This document shows positions 1-8,914 of a stretch of DNA of 43,248 nt, piece by piece. The notes beneath the pieces were generated by a model. It saw nothing but the letters and a program-made list of their open reading frames with translations. It was not told the origin of the DNA and searched no databases. Source of the DNA: Acidimicrobiia bacterium (lineage in GTDB: Bacteria > Actinomycetota > Acidimicrobiia > Spongiisociales > JAHEDJ01); assembly GCA_029210695.1 (NCBI GenBank), contig JARGFH010000031.1, forward strand, positions 1 through 43,248. Reading direction: 5' to 3'. Both the position numbers and the translations under genes were made by a program. Within the stretch, counting starts at the first letter, position 1; each line of letters starts with the position of its first letter.

Positions 1-106
1 GCGTAGTAACCATCAGATTGGCAGAGCCCTCCTAATCAACCGGGAACCCCTACACCCCGCTCAATTCCGAAGCGCCCCTTAACTTCGCCTTTGCTGGCTG
101 GGGATG

Positions 107-154
107 CCCCCCTCCCCTCGAAGACTCGGGACTCCCCCCACTGTGTGGGGGGAG
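107..154. repeat. REP-like palindromic intergenic element
   Basis: CCCCCTCCC...CTCCCCCCAC-TGT-GTGGGGGGAG; perfect 10-bp inverted repeat 132-141/145-154, downstream of the 186..920 gene; could also act as a terminator. Confidence 0.5.
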
Positions 155-185
155 AACGCGGTGTTCGGCTTTGCTTGGCGGCCGG

Positions 186-920
186 TTACTTGCTCGGGTC
201 CCAGGTTCCTTCCGTGTAGCCGGGGATGAACCAGGAGGCCGGCGACCAGTTGTCCGAGTTATCGACGAGGATGCGGGGGTTCGGGTCGCCTTGAGCGGCG
301 AGGATGAGCACCCGTCCCTCGGAGTCTTGCACGAGGAGCCACTCTCCGTCTGGCGACCAGGTCGCCTGGTTGAACGAGTAGTCCTTCGGGCCCTCGACTT
401 CCAGGACCGTGCGATCGACACCGGTCGGGCTCTGCACCACAACGCGCGGTGTGCCGGGATCGAACTCCGTGTAGATCTCCGAACCATCGGGAGCGGTGTA
501 GAGGACCCGGCCGACGGGATCCCGCGGGGTTACCGTCTGATCGACCGATATCCGGTTGAGCGTTGTTCCGGTTTCGGGATCGATTACCCGGAACGTCTGC
601 GACTCACCTCGAAATTCCTGCACCAGCAGCATTCCCTCCGGCGTCCAACCCGGCAGAGGATCGGCGAATCCGATGTTGTTGTCACACAGCACCTCATGCG
701 GTGCTTCACCGCCGGCTGCATCGACCGTCCAGATGCATAGATCGCCGTTGTCCCATTGGCTGAAGGCCACGGTGCCGGGGATCGAGGGGTCCGGCTCGTC
801 CACCAGCGAAGCAAACGTTGGAAGCGGGATGATCGCGAAAGCCAGTACCAGTCCGACGACAACTCCGATTACGACCACCGACGCAATAACCGAAATCCAG
901 ACCTTGCGTGAGTCGGTCAT
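186..920 (-). CDS. Membrane-anchored extracytoplasmic protein, probable TolB/PD40-like beta-propeller
   Basis: N-terminal hydrophobic helix (VWISVIASVVVIGVVVGLVLAF), WTPEG and WSPDG motifs, ATGA overlap with upstream gene. Confidence 0.65.
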   Translation of the reverse strand: MTDSRKVWISVIASVVVIGVVVGLVLAFAIIPLPTFASLVDEPDPSIPGTVAFSQWDNGDLCIWTVDAAGGEAPHEVLCDNNIGFADPLPGWTPEGMLLVQEFRGESQTFRVIDPETGTTLNRISVDQTVTPRDPVGRVLYTAPDGSEIYTEFDPGTPRVVVQSPTGVDRTVLEVEGPKDYSFNQATWSPDGEWLLVQDSEGRVLILAAQGDPNPRILVDNSDNWSPASWFIPGYTEGTWDPSK

Positions 921-1885
921 GATGTCAACTCCTCCGGTTCATGGTCGGCCTCAGCGATGTCTTCCTTGATCTCACCCATCAGCCGCGCCAGCGCCACCGC
1001 GCCGCCGATCAGTGCTGCGCCGGAGAGGAGCAGTGCCACCGGCGCTCCGAGTGAATCCCCGAAGAAGTGGAACACCACCTGCGGAACGAAGATGAACACT
1101 CCGGCTGCACCGAGTCCGAGGAGCACGATCTGGCGTAGCGTGACGCTGGCCACGATCAGGGCTCCCGCCACCACCACGCCGAGGAGCAGAGGCCAGCCCT
1201 CTCCTGCAAACGACAACAGCTGAACGCCGAACAGCGAAGCGGTTCCCCCCAGCGCGTAGCCGGTGATCATCGGGCGGATCGCCGTACCCCAGGTGAGGAA
1301 CAGCCAGGCGGTCCCTACTGCCCACATCGTGATTCCGAAGAACTCGTCGGGCCACTCGAGCAATGCCACCGCCGGCACAGTCGCAGCCAGCACCGCAGCA
1401 AAGAACGCCAGTTGTTGAAGGCTCATGGTTCGGATCCGCCACAGGAAGAAGCCGAGGACACCGGCAACCAGGGCCCCCAGCGTCATCGACGCTTCGTCTA
1501 TCCAATCGAAACCGTCGGCAGACAGAATGCCGAATGTGAAGCCCGTGCCGACCACGGCGAACAACCACAAAAACCCGGCCAAGCGTCGGATCGCCACGAG
1601 GGGCGAATCGCGCAACATCCAGCCGGCAATGAGCAAACCAAGCGTCACGGTGCCGAGCAGAGCCAACCGGCCCCACAGCTCGAGGTCCGCCCAGAACTCC
1701 TGGGCGAGAATCAGCACTGCAATCACGGCCAGCGCTCCACCGAGGTAGCCGAGCGCTTCCACGATCAGTGGAATCCGGCGCTCCGGTGCGGCGGTTCGTG
1801 ACGCTTCAAATGTCCGGATTCGGGATGCTTGATCGTCGGTGATGAATCCGGCTTTCACCCAACGAGACAGTTGTTCTGACAGCAT
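917..1885 (-). CDS. Polytopic membrane protein, DUF2157-like
   Basis: N-terminal LSRWVKAGFITDDQA motif followed by about 10 hydrophobic segments; GGAGG RBS upstream. Confidence 0.7.
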   Translation of the reverse strand: MLSEQLSRWVKAGFITDDQASRIRTFEASRTAAPERRIPLIVEALGYLGGALAVIAVLILAQEFWADLELWGRLALLGTVTLGLLIAGWMLRDSPLVAIRRLAGFLWLFAVVGTGFTFGILSADGFDWIDEASMTLGALVAGVLGFFLWRIRTMSLQQLAFFAAVLAATVPAVALLEWPDEFFGITMWAVGTAWLFLTWGTAIRPMITGYALGGTASLFGVQLLSFAGEGWPLLLGVVVAGALIVASVTLRQIVLLGLGAAGVFIFVPQVVFHFFGDSLGAPVALLLSGAALIGGAVALARLMGEIKEDIAEADHEPEELTS

Positions 1886-2092
1886 GTCTGCCTCCTATTC
1901 ACCTTCATCATCCCGCATACCAGCTCCCAGGACATCAGGGGCCGACCCTCACCGTCCCTCAGGGATCTCAGGGTCGTGCCACATGGTTCAGAGTGCTTCG
2001 TGCGGCTTTGCTCGAGCCTCGCCTTCCCGGTTACGGCCAATCGGCATCATTGGCTAATCTATCGACGAGCCCGGCCCACGCCGGGCTTTGAT

Positions 2093-2174
2093 GCCGGGAT
2101 GCCCGAGCGGCCAAAGGGAGCAGACTGTAAATCTGCCGGCAATGCCTTCGGAGGTTCAAATCCTTCTCCCGGCA
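2093..2174 (+). tRNA. tRNA-Tyr(GTA)
   Basis: Acceptor GCCGGGA/TCCCGGC, anticodon arm GCAGA-CTGTAAA-TCTGC, long variable arm, GGTTCAAATCC T arm; CCA not encoded; TAATCT -10 at 2055-2060. Confidence 0.97.
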
Positions 2175-2270
2175 CAGCAACGTTTACAATCCATGAGCAA
2201 CGGTCCTTGAGTACAGGCCGAGAAGTGCTTCGCACTTCTCAAACGTGCCTGGGCCTAAGGGCCCAGGCAT

Positions 2271-2343
2271 GCCCCCTTAGCTCAGCTGGCAGAGCGCCTC
2301 CATGGTAAGGAGGAGGTCTCCGGTTCGAATCCGGAAGGGGGCT
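2271..2343 (+). tRNA. tRNA-Thr(GGT)
   Basis: Acceptor GCCCCCT/AGGGGGC, anticodon arm CCTCC-ATGGTAA-GGAGG, TTCGAAT T loop; CCA not encoded. Confidence 0.97.
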
Positions 2344-2370
2344 CGGTAGGCGGTGAGCGCAGCTCACCGC

Positions 2371-2405
2371 GGTACCAGGTACGAGGCACCAAGTGCCAAG
2401 TACCA
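2371..2405. repeat. Degenerate 7-bp tandem array (RGTACCA family)
   Basis: GGTACCA GGTACGA GGCACCA AGTGCCA AGTACCA. Confidence 0.8.
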
Positions 2406-2473
2406 AAGGAAGAGGGCGAAGCTGGTGCGGTTGGCATCGCCAACCGCCAACGGCTTGCGTAGCAAGCCGCGGA

Positions 2474-2550
2474 GGCGGCGTAGCTCAGTCGGTAAGAGCG
2501 CTCGACTCATAATCGAGAGGTCGGCAGTTCAAGTCTGCCCGCCGCTACCA
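2474..2550 (+). tRNA. tRNA-Met(CAT), elongator type
   Basis: GGCGGCG/CGCCGCT acceptor, CTCGA-CTCATAA-TCGAG anticodon arm lacking the three initiator G-C pairs, encoded CCA. Confidence 0.93.
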
Positions 2551-2579
2551 AGTGAAGAACAGTACAAGGAGAGAATCCC

Positions 2580-3776
2580 ATGGGTAAGGCGAAGTTTGAG
2601 CGGACGAAGCCGCATGTGAATGTGGGGACGATGGGTCATATTGATCATGGGAAGACGACGTTGACGGCTGCGATTACGAAGGTGTTGTCGGAGTCTGGGG
2701 TTGGTGGGGCGACGGCGTTTACGGCGTTTGATGATATTGATAAGGCGCCGGAGGAGCGTGAGCGGGGTATCACGATTTCGATTGCTCATGTGGAGTATGA
2801 GACGGCGAATCGTCATTATGCGCATGTGGATATGCCTGGTCATGCTGATTACATCAAGAACATGATTACGGGTGCTGCGCAGATTGATGGGGCGATTTTG
2901 GTGGTGTCGGCGGCTGATGGTCCGATGCCGCAGACGCGTGAGCATGTGTTGTTGGCTCGTCAGGTTGGGGTTCCGTTCATTGTTGTGTATATGAATAAGA
3001 CGGACATGGTTGATGATGATGAGCTTCTTGATTTGGTTGAGTTGGAGGTTCGTGAGTTGTTGTCGGAGTATGAGTTTCCTGGTGATGAGTTGCCGGTGAT
3101 TCGTGGTTCGGCGTTGAAGGCGCTTGAGGGTGGGGATGAGGCTTCGGTTGCTTCGGTTATGGAGTTGATGGAGGCGGTTGATACGTATATTCCGGTGCCG
3201 GAGCGGGATACGGAGAAGCCGTTTCAGATGCCGATTGAGGATGTGTTCTCGATTACTGGTCGGGGGACGGTGGTGACTGGGAAGGTTGAGCAGGGGATTC
3301 TCAAGACGGGTACTGAGGTTGAGATTGTTGGGATTCGTCCGACGCGCAAAACGGTGGTGACCGGGGTTGAGATGTTCCGGAAGTTGTTGGATGAGGCTCG
3401 GGCGGGTGACAATGTTGGGTTGTTGTTGCGGGGGATTGGGAAGGATGATGTGGAGCGGGGTCAGGTGATTTGTATTCCTGGTTCGATTACTCCGCATACT
3501 GATTTTGAGGCGAATGTGTATGTGTTGACTCGGGATGAGGGTGGCCGGCATAACCCGTTTTTCCCTGGGTATCGGCCGCAGTTTTATTTCCGGACGACGG
3601 ATGTGACTGGGTCGGTGACGTTGCCTGAGGGTACTGAGATGGTGATGCCTGGTGATAACACGACGATGACGGTGGAGTTGATTAATCCGATTGCTATGCA
3701 TGAGGGTCGTGATTTCGCGATTCGTGAGGGTGGTCGGACGGTTGGTGCTGGTCGGGTCACCAAGATTCTGAAGTAA
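2580..3776 (+). CDS. tuf: Elongation factor Tu (copy 1, tRNA-linked)
   Basis: [27 protein letters not shown] motifs; 398 aa; AGGAG RBS. Confidence 0.99.
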   Translation: MGKAKFERTKPHVNVGTMGHIDHGKTTLTAAITKVLSESGVGGATAFTAFDDIDKAPEERERGITISIAHVEYETANRHYAHVDMPGHADYIKNMITGAAQIDGAILVVSAADGPMPQTREHVLLARQVGVPFIVVYMNKTDMVDDDELLDLVELEVRELLSEYEFPGDELPVIRGSALKALEGGDEASVASVMELMEAVDTYIPVPERDTEKPFQMPIEDVFSITGRGTVVTGKVEQGILKTGTEVEIVGIRPTRKTVVTGVEMFRKLLDEARAGDNVGLLLRGIGKDDVERGQVICIPGSITPHTDFEANVYVLTRDEGGRHNPFFPGYRPQFYFRTTDVTGSVTLPEGTEMVMPGDNTTMTVELINPIAMHEGRDFAIREGGRTVGAGRVTKILK

Positions 3777-3808
3777 GTGACCGGACGGGTCTGGTGGCCC
3801 GTCCGCTC

Positions 3809-3836
3809 GTACCGGGTACTGGGTACTGGGTACCGC
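3809..3836. repeat. 7-bp tandem array GTACYGG
   Basis: GTACCGG GTACTGG GTACTGG GTACCGC, following hairpin CGGACGGGTC-TGGT-GGCCCGTCCG (3782-3805); also present at 26120-26147. Confidence 0.85.
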
Positions 3837-3862
3837 GAACGAGTGAAGCGAGAGAGCAAACA

Positions 3863-4024
3863 ATGCCAAGTGACAAGAGACCGGCCATCACGCTGGCTTG
3901 CGACGAATGTAAGCGTCGCAACTATGTGACGGTGAAGAGCAAATCGAACACCCGTGAGCGGCTGGCGCTCAAGAAGTACTGCCGCTGGTGCGGATCGCAC
4001 ACGCTGCATCGCGAACATCGCTGA
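3863..4024 (+). CDS. rpmG: 50S ribosomal protein L33 (Zn-binding CxxC form)
   Basis: [21 protein letters not shown]...[11 protein letters not shown] at 3863. Confidence 0.96.
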   Translation: MPSDKRPAITLACDECKRRNYVTVKSKSNTRERLALKKYCRWCGSHTLHREHR

Positions 4025-4099
4025 ACACGGGGCACGACCCCGACCCGCGGTGCTAGTTTGGCCGCAGGATTCCGCGGGCGGAACAAGCGGGGCCTGATT

Positions 4100-4130
4100 G
4101 AAGAAGGCGGGCGACATGCCTGCCTTCTTC
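4100..4130 (+). terminator. Intrinsic terminator-like hairpin after rpmG
   Basis: GAAGAAGGCGGGC-GACAT-GCCTGCCTTCTTC. Confidence 0.7.
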
Positions 4131-4203
4131 GCGTCCGGTCGGGTGCAGGGAACTCCTCAGCGTCCAGGTGCCAAGTCCGAAGTACCGGGTACCCTCTTGG
4201 CCC

Positions 4204-5046
4204 ATGGGCATGGAAGAACTCCAGGGACGCGTATACCGGCGAAAGTTTCGGGCGGATCGTTCGACGATCTCGGCGTTCATCGAGGCGACCGGCGATGATC
4301 CTGCCCGCTGGCCGAACATCGCCCCACCGGGGCTGGCCGCCGCCGCGGTCTTCGCCGTCGCCCCGGCCTTTCTCTTCGACCCGGATGTCGGCGAGTTCTC
4401 GCGGATCCTTATTCATGCCGACCAAACATTCCGGTGGCTCGCTCCATGGGAGACCGGAGCCGACTACGCCGTCACCGGGACCGTCGATCGGGTGCGCATG
4501 CGAGGCGGAGCGGCGTGGGTGACCTTCTCGGTTGGAGTGGTAGCCGCAGGCAACCGGGTCCTCGATTCCACCTCAACGTTTGTCATGTCGGACCAGCGCC
4601 CCGACTCCGAGGTAGCGGAGCGAAACGAACCCGGTCCTCTCGAACGGGCAGACGAGATCCGTCCGGTTTCCTATCCATCCAGCGGGGAGTTGCCCGAAAC
4701 CGTCCGCTCGGCGAGCCGAGCCGATCTGATCCGGTACGCGGCTGCCAGTCGCGACTTCAATCCATTGCACTGGGATCACGAGACTGCCCGCAATGCCGGT
4801 CTGCCAGGCGTAGTGGTGCACGGCTTGCTCATGGCATCGTGGATGCTGCAAACCGCGACGGCGATCGTATTCCCGTCCGCTGGGCGGCCGATCCACGCCG
4901 CCAAGTTCAGGTTCCGCAACCCGCTCTTCCCCGGAGAAGCAGCTTCGATCACCGGTGCAATCGGCGCCGCACCGGGCCCGGTCAGTCTCGAACTCACATC
5001 CAATTCGGGACCGCTGGTCGGCGGCCTGATCACGGTGGAGCGGTAA
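4204..5046 (+). CDS. Double hot-dog MaoC-family (R)-hydroxyacyl dehydratase, HadA/HadB-like fusion
   Basis: N-terminal domain (ILIHADQTFRW) plus catalytic MaoC motif YAAASRDFNPLHWD...VVHG; same locus position as mycobacterial hadABC; start taken at ATG 4204. Confidence 0.8.
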   Translation: MGMEELQGRVYRRKFRADRSTISAFIEATGDDPARWPNIAPPGLAAAAVFAVAPAFLFDPDVGEFSRILIHADQTFRWLAPWETGADYAVTGTVDRVRMRGGAAWVTFSVGVVAAGNRVLDSTSTFVMSDQRPDSEVAERNEPGPLERADEIRPVSYPSSGELPETVRSASRADLIRYAAASRDFNPLHWDHETARNAGLPGVVVHGLLMASWMLQTATAIVFPSAGRPIHAAKFRFRNPLFPGEAASITGAIGAAPGPVSLELTSNSGPLVGGLITVER

Positions 5047-5050
5047 CCCG

Positions 5051-5617
5051 ATGGAGAATCCAGAAGTCGAACCCGTCGACGAAGCACAGCTGATTCGGAC
5101 GGCTCAGGTCGGCGACAGAAGCGCATTCGAAGAACTGGTTCGAAGACATCAACACGGAGTATTCACCTTGGCTCTGCGACTGGTAAACGATCGGGAGTTG
5201 GCAGCAGACGTCACCCAGGATGCGTTCATCCGGGCCTGGCGCGGACTGCCGCGCTTCCGGGGTGATGCCGCCTTCAAGACATGGATTCATCGGATCACGG
5301 TGAACGCCGCATGGTCGATGAAGAAGCGCACCGGTCGCCACCTGGCCGTTCCTCTCGAGGGTGCTCCCCAGATCGCAGACAAGACGCTGTCGGGCGACCT
5401 CGAGCGAGCAGGGGAGAACCTCGAACTTCGCCACCGCCTGCGGGCTGCACTCGATGAGCTACCGCGTCCCCAGCGCACGGTTGTGGTGCTCAAGGACATC
5501 TACGGTTGGTCGCACGGCGAAATTGCTGAGTCGTTGGGTATCACCGTCACCGCCGCCAAGGTCCGCCTGCATCGCGCCCATCATCGGCTCCGCCAACACC
5601 TCGAAGGTGAATCATGA
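5051..5617 (+). CDS. ECF RNA polymerase sigma factor
   Basis: GDRSAFEELV, DVTQDAFIRAW, FKTWIHRITVN region 2; region 4 HTH WSHGEIAESLGITVTAAKVRLHRA. Confidence 0.93.
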   Translation: MENPEVEPVDEAQLIRTAQVGDRSAFEELVRRHQHGVFTLALRLVNDRELAADVTQDAFIRAWRGLPRFRGDAAFKTWIHRITVNAAWSMKKRTGRHLAVPLEGAPQIADKTLSGDLERAGENLELRHRLRAALDELPRPQRTVVVLKDIYGWSHGEIAESLGITVTAAKVRLHRAHHRLRQHLEGES

Positions 5618-5961
5618 AGGGCATGCTCGCCCGGGAGTGCAAGCGGGTCAGAGGGCGGATCAGCGAAGTCGTGCTCGGCGATGAGCGGCTGTCGGTTGAG
5701 GACGAACGACATGCGGCGGCCTGCCTTTCTTGCCAGGCAGAGATTGCTCGCTACAGAGCCATCGACCGCGCTTTCATCGCTTTGCAGCAGGAGGTTGCCA
5801 TCGCCCCACCCGGGTTGGTGAGCAAGATCATGGCGGGGCTCGATCGCCCGCCCATCCCATGGTTTCGTCGCCCGGGCACCGTCTCGGTGTCGGCAATGTC
5901 GGCCGTTGCTGTGGCGACCACGGTGGCCCTCGCCATTCGTCGCCGCCAGGCAGCAGCTTGA
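5614..5961 (+). CDS. Zinc-binding anti-sigma factor (ZAS) with C-terminal membrane segment
   Basis: HxxxCxxC (HAAACLSC), upstream Cys, hydrophobic C-terminus, ATGA overlap with the sigma gene. Confidence 0.8.
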   Translation: MKGMLARECKRVRGRISEVVLGDERLSVEDERHAAACLSCQAEIARYRAIDRAFIALQQEVAIAPPGLVSKIMAGLDRPPIPWFRRPGTVSVSAMSAVAVATTVALAIRRRQAAA

Positions 5962-6068
5962 TGCCGGAGCCGGCCGGCACTCTCGGCGTACTCATGCCGG
6001 AATCCGGCCACACGTTGTGCGATGTACGTAGTACGTTGTACACGTGGAGCAAAGCTCCGCGGCCCGGC

Positions 6069-6098
6069 TTTACACTGGAGTCTGACGCTCCGTATACT
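6069..6098 (+). promoter_or_regulatory. SigA-type promoter of tRNA-Trp/secE/nusG
   Basis: TTTACA-18 bp-TATACT. Confidence 0.7.
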
Positions 6099-6122
6099 TG
6101 CGCCACCGTCCGAACCCCCCAT

Positions 6123-6198
6123 AGGGGTGTAGCTCGAAGTTGGTTAGAGCGCCGGTCTCCAAAACCGGAGGTTGGGGGTTCGAGTCCCTCCACCCCTG
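6123..6198 (+). tRNA. tRNA-Trp(CCA)
   Basis: AGGGGTG/CACCCCT acceptor, CCGGT-CTCCAAA-ACCGG anticodon arm; canonical position before secE. Confidence 0.95.
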
Positions 6199-6226
6199 CT
6201 GAGAAACCCGAGGAACAAAGAAGATC

Positions 6227-6532
6227 ATGAACCGAGAGATGCGCCGGCTCCAAGAGGCCGAGGACCGACGAGCGAAGAAGCGGGGGCGCGCCCCGCAGAA
6301 GCGTCGACCCAAGCAGAGCACCGGCGAGAAGAAACCGCTCTGGAAACGTCTCGCGACGTTCCTCGGTGAAGTGAGGATCGAACTGCATCGGGTGTCCTGG
6401 CCGACCCGATCGCAGATGGTTGCGTTCACGTCCGTAACTCTGATCACCTCGACGGCCGTCACGCTCTATGTTTTCGGCCTCGACTTCGGCTTCGGCGAAG
6501 CGATTCTCTGGCTGCTCAAGCGAGGATCGTAA
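6227..6532 (+). CDS. secE: Preprotein translocase subunit SecE
   Basis: FLGEVRIELHRVSWPTR motif plus a single TM; synteny. Confidence 0.95.
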   Translation: MNREMRRLQEAEDRRAKKRGRAPQKRRPKQSTGEKKPLWKRLATFLGEVRIELHRVSWPTRSQMVAFTSVTLITSTAVTLYVFGLDFGFGEAILWLLKRGS

Positions 6533-6534
6533 CA

Positions 6535-7242
6535 ATGACAATTGCAGAGACACCTGAAGAGACTCCGGTCGAGACCACTGCTCCGGCCGCCGAAGAAACC
6601 GCAGTAGCGGCCGCCGGCGCGGTTGCCGTTGTTGAGGAGAGCCCGGCAGAGTCAGATCCGGTTGACGAGACCGTCCTCGAAGAAGAGGAGCCCTTGAGCC
6701 CGTTCGATTTGCCGGGCGATTGGTATGTTGTCCATTCCTACTCCGGTTACGAGAACAAGGTGAAGGTAAACCTCGAGACTCGCTCCAAGTCGATGCACAT
6801 GGAGGATCGGATCTACGAAGTTGCCATCCCGATGGAAGACGTCGTTGAGATCAAGAACGGCAAGAAGGTCACCGTCCCGCGGAAGATGTTCCCCGGCTAC
6901 ATCCTCGTGCGCATGCACCTCGACGACGACTCCTGGTACGGGGTGCGGAACACTCCAGGGGTCACGGGGTTCGTCGGATCGGCCAACAAGCCGGTTCCGT
7001 TGTCCCGGCGTGAAGTCGAGCGATTTCTCGGAGTCAAAGAAGAGGAAGACAAGAAGGCGCCTCGCTACAAGCCCTCATGGGAGATCGGCGACAGCGTTCG
7101 TGTACAGACGGGGCCATTCGCCGACTTCAACGGAGTCATCGAGGACATCAACCTCGATCAGTCCAAGGTCGTCGTGCTCGTCAACATCTTTGGTCGGGAC
7201 ACTCCGGTCGAGTTGAACTTCGAGGACATCATCAAGAACTAG
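6535..7242 (+). CDS. nusG: Transcription termination/antitermination factor NusG
   Basis: WYVVHSYSGYENKVK, FPGYILV, KOW GPFADF; acidic N-terminal extension. Confidence 0.98.
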   Translation: MTIAETPEETPVETTAPAAEETAVAAAGAVAVVEESPAESDPVDETVLEEEEPLSPFDLPGDWYVVHSYSGYENKVKVNLETRSKSMHMEDRIYEVAIPMEDVVEIKNGKKVTVPRKMFPGYILVRMHLDDDSWYGVRNTPGVTGFVGSANKPVPLSRREVERFLGVKEEEDKKAPRYKPSWEIGDSVRVQTGPFADFNGVIEDINLDQSKVVVLVNIFGRDTPVELNFEDIIKN

Positions 7243-7277
7243 GTACCAAGTACCGAGTACCAGTACTGGGACCAAGT
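7242..7277. repeat. Degenerate 7-bp array (RGTACCR)
   Basis: GGTACCA AGTACCG AGTACC AGTACTG GGACCA immediately after the nusG stop. Confidence 0.75.
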
Positions 7278-7315
7278 CTTCGTAGGCCTGGACCACTCAA
7301 TGCATAGGAACCAAC

Positions 7316-7744
7316 GTGGGTAGAAAAAAACTGAGTACCGTCTTGAAGCTGCAGATCCCGGCCGGGCAGGCCAGCCCCGCCCCTCCGGTGGGTCCTGCGC
7401 TCGGCCAGTACGGTGTCAACATCATGGACTTCGTCAAGGCCTACAATGAGGCTACGGCGTCGCAGATTGGGACAATCGTTCCGGTCGAAATCTCGATCTA
7501 CGAGGATCGGACGTTCACATTCGTCACCAAGACGCCGCCCGCCGCGGTGTTGCTGCGCCAGGCGGCGCGGATCGAGAAGGGCTCGCCCGAGCCGCAAACC
7601 ATCAAGGTCGGAAAAGTGACTCGCGCCCAGGTGCGCGAGATCGCGGAGACGAAGATGGTCGACCTCAACGCCAACGATGTTGATGCAGCCATGAAGATCG
7701 TCGAGGGCACGGCCCGTTCCATGGGTCTTTTGGTCGAAGGCTAG
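7316..7744 (+). CDS. rplK: 50S ribosomal protein L11
   Basis: [20 protein letters not shown] motifs. Confidence 0.98.
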   Translation: MGRKKLSTVLKLQIPAGQASPAPPVGPALGQYGVNIMDFVKAYNEATASQIGTIVPVEISIYEDRTFTFVTKTPPAAVLLRQAARIEKGSPEPQTIKVGKVTRAQVREIAETKMVDLNANDVDAAMKIVEGTARSMGLLVEG

Positions 7745-7789
7745 GAACCCTCGACCGGGATGAACAGCGGCGCGACTGCGTGCCGGAAG

Positions 7790-7827
7790 ATGGGAGGTTT
7801 CGCACAAGGCGGAGCCGTTCGAACCAC
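7790..7827 (+). promoter_or_regulatory. Probable L1-binding autoregulatory site
   Basis: TGGGAGG...GAACCAC internal-loop hairpin just before the rplA RBS, resembling L1 operators. Confidence 0.55.
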
Positions 7828-7838
7828 AGGAGAGAGAC

Positions 7839-8555
7839 ATGCCCAAGCACGGCAAGCGATATCGGGATCTGGTACAGCGGTATGACAAAGAGACCGCCTA
7901 CTCCCCGGAAGAAGCCATCGAGTTTGTTCGGATGTTCGCAGATGCGAAATTCGACGAGAGCATCGACGTAGCCTTCAAACTCGGAATCGACCCCCGGCAG
8001 GCAGATCAGATCGTTCGTGGAACTGTCAGCCTTCCTCACGGCACGGGCCAGGTGGTGCGCGTGGTCGTGTTCGCGCAGGCGGATAAGGCCCGCGAGGCCG
8101 AAGCCGCCGGTGCCGACCTGGTCGGGGGTAGCGAACTCGCCGAAGAGATCGCAGGAGGACGGGCTCTCGACTTCGACATCGCCATCGCTACTCCGGACAT
8201 GATGGCTGAGGTCGGGAAACTCGGGCGGGTGCTGGGCCCTCGGGGCCTGATGCCGAACCCCAAGGCCGGAACCGTGACGGTGGATGTCGCCAGAGCGGTT
8301 CAGGAGTTCAAATCCGGCCGCATCGAGTACCGCAATGATCGATTTGGCAACGTCCAGGTTCCGATCGGCAAAGCGTCGTTCGAAGCCGAAGCGCTCGTGA
8401 CGAACCTCGGCGCCTTGGCCGCCGAACTTCAGCGAGTTCGTCCCGCCTCCGCCAAGGGCCGCTATTTCCGTCATCTTGCCATCTCGTCGACGATGGGCCC
8501 CGGGATCAAGATCGACCCGGCTCGCCTAGAAGATCTCGTCAAGGCGAGTAAATAG
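7839..8555 (+). CDS. rplA: 50S ribosomal protein L1
   Basis: [36 protein letters not shown]. Confidence 0.98.
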   Translation: MPKHGKRYRDLVQRYDKETAYSPEEAIEFVRMFADAKFDESIDVAFKLGIDPRQADQIVRGTVSLPHGTGQVVRVVVFAQADKAREAEAAGADLVGGSELAEEIAGGRALDFDIAIATPDMMAEVGKLGRVLGPRGLMPNPKAGTVTVDVARAVQEFKSGRIEYRNDRFGNVQVPIGKASFEAEALVTNLGALAAELQRVRPASAKGRYFRHLAISSTMGPGIKIDPARLEDLVKASK

Positions 8556-8679
8556 TCGCGGGTCGCTAGTCGCGGGTCGCGGGTCAATCGAAGGGCGGCC
8601 GAACCCGGCCGCCCTTCCTGCTCCGTGCTGATACTCGCGACTAGTAACTCGCGACTAGGAACTAGCAACTCGCGACTAG
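8553..8679. terminator. Bidirectional terminator hairpin flanked by inverted GTCGCGR heptamer arrays
   Basis: Core GAAGGGCGGCCG-AACC-CGGCCGCCCTTC (8590-8617); arrays 8553-8585 and 8633-8679 are mutually complementary. Confidence 0.7.
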
Positions 8680-8681
8680 GG

Positions 8682-8908
8682 GCGGAGAGCGAGGGGGTTC
8701 CGCTGAGAGCGCCGATGCTGCTCGGGCGGCGCCGGGGCCGGGGCCGGCGACTGCGGGCTGCAGTCGCCGTGGGTCACCCTCGCTGCGACGCTGTCAGGGT
8801 AGGGGCTGCACGCGTCGCCGGGTATACCCGGGCCGATCTCAGTTGCGGGCGAGGGCGGTCAGGTCAACCCACCCGTCGTTACGAAACCCCCTTCGGGTGT
8901 CTCTCCGT
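8682..8908 (-). ncRNA. Candidate structured non-coding RNA, Ms1-like
   Basis: Nested closing helices CGGAGAG/CUCUCCG, GGGGGUUUCG/CGGAACCCCC and CUGAGA/UCUCAG; internal hairpins; promoter TAGCCA-17-GATAGT ending 6 nt upstream; terminator downstream. Confidence 0.6.
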
Positions 8909-8914
8909 GTTGGC

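Larger units (their letters stand above)
2580..3859 (+). repeat. 1280-bp direct repeat (tuf plus downstream 83 bp), copy 1
   Basis: Matches 24891-26170; the only mismatch I saw is 3848 G vs 26159 A. Confidence 0.9.

Noticed and set aside
2529..3869. 446-aa antisense ORF over tuf (and its twin at 24621-26012)
   Set aside because: Shadow of the tuf codon bias; low-complexity H/R/L/I/N product with no RBS or recognisable domain
8682..8908. SRP RNA, RNase P RNA, tmRNA or raiA-motif identity for the structured RNA
   Set aside because: No CAGGUCCGGAAGGAAGCAG, no GAGGAAAGUCC and no tRNA-like ends; only a short CAGGUCAAC resemblance to raiA, without its core
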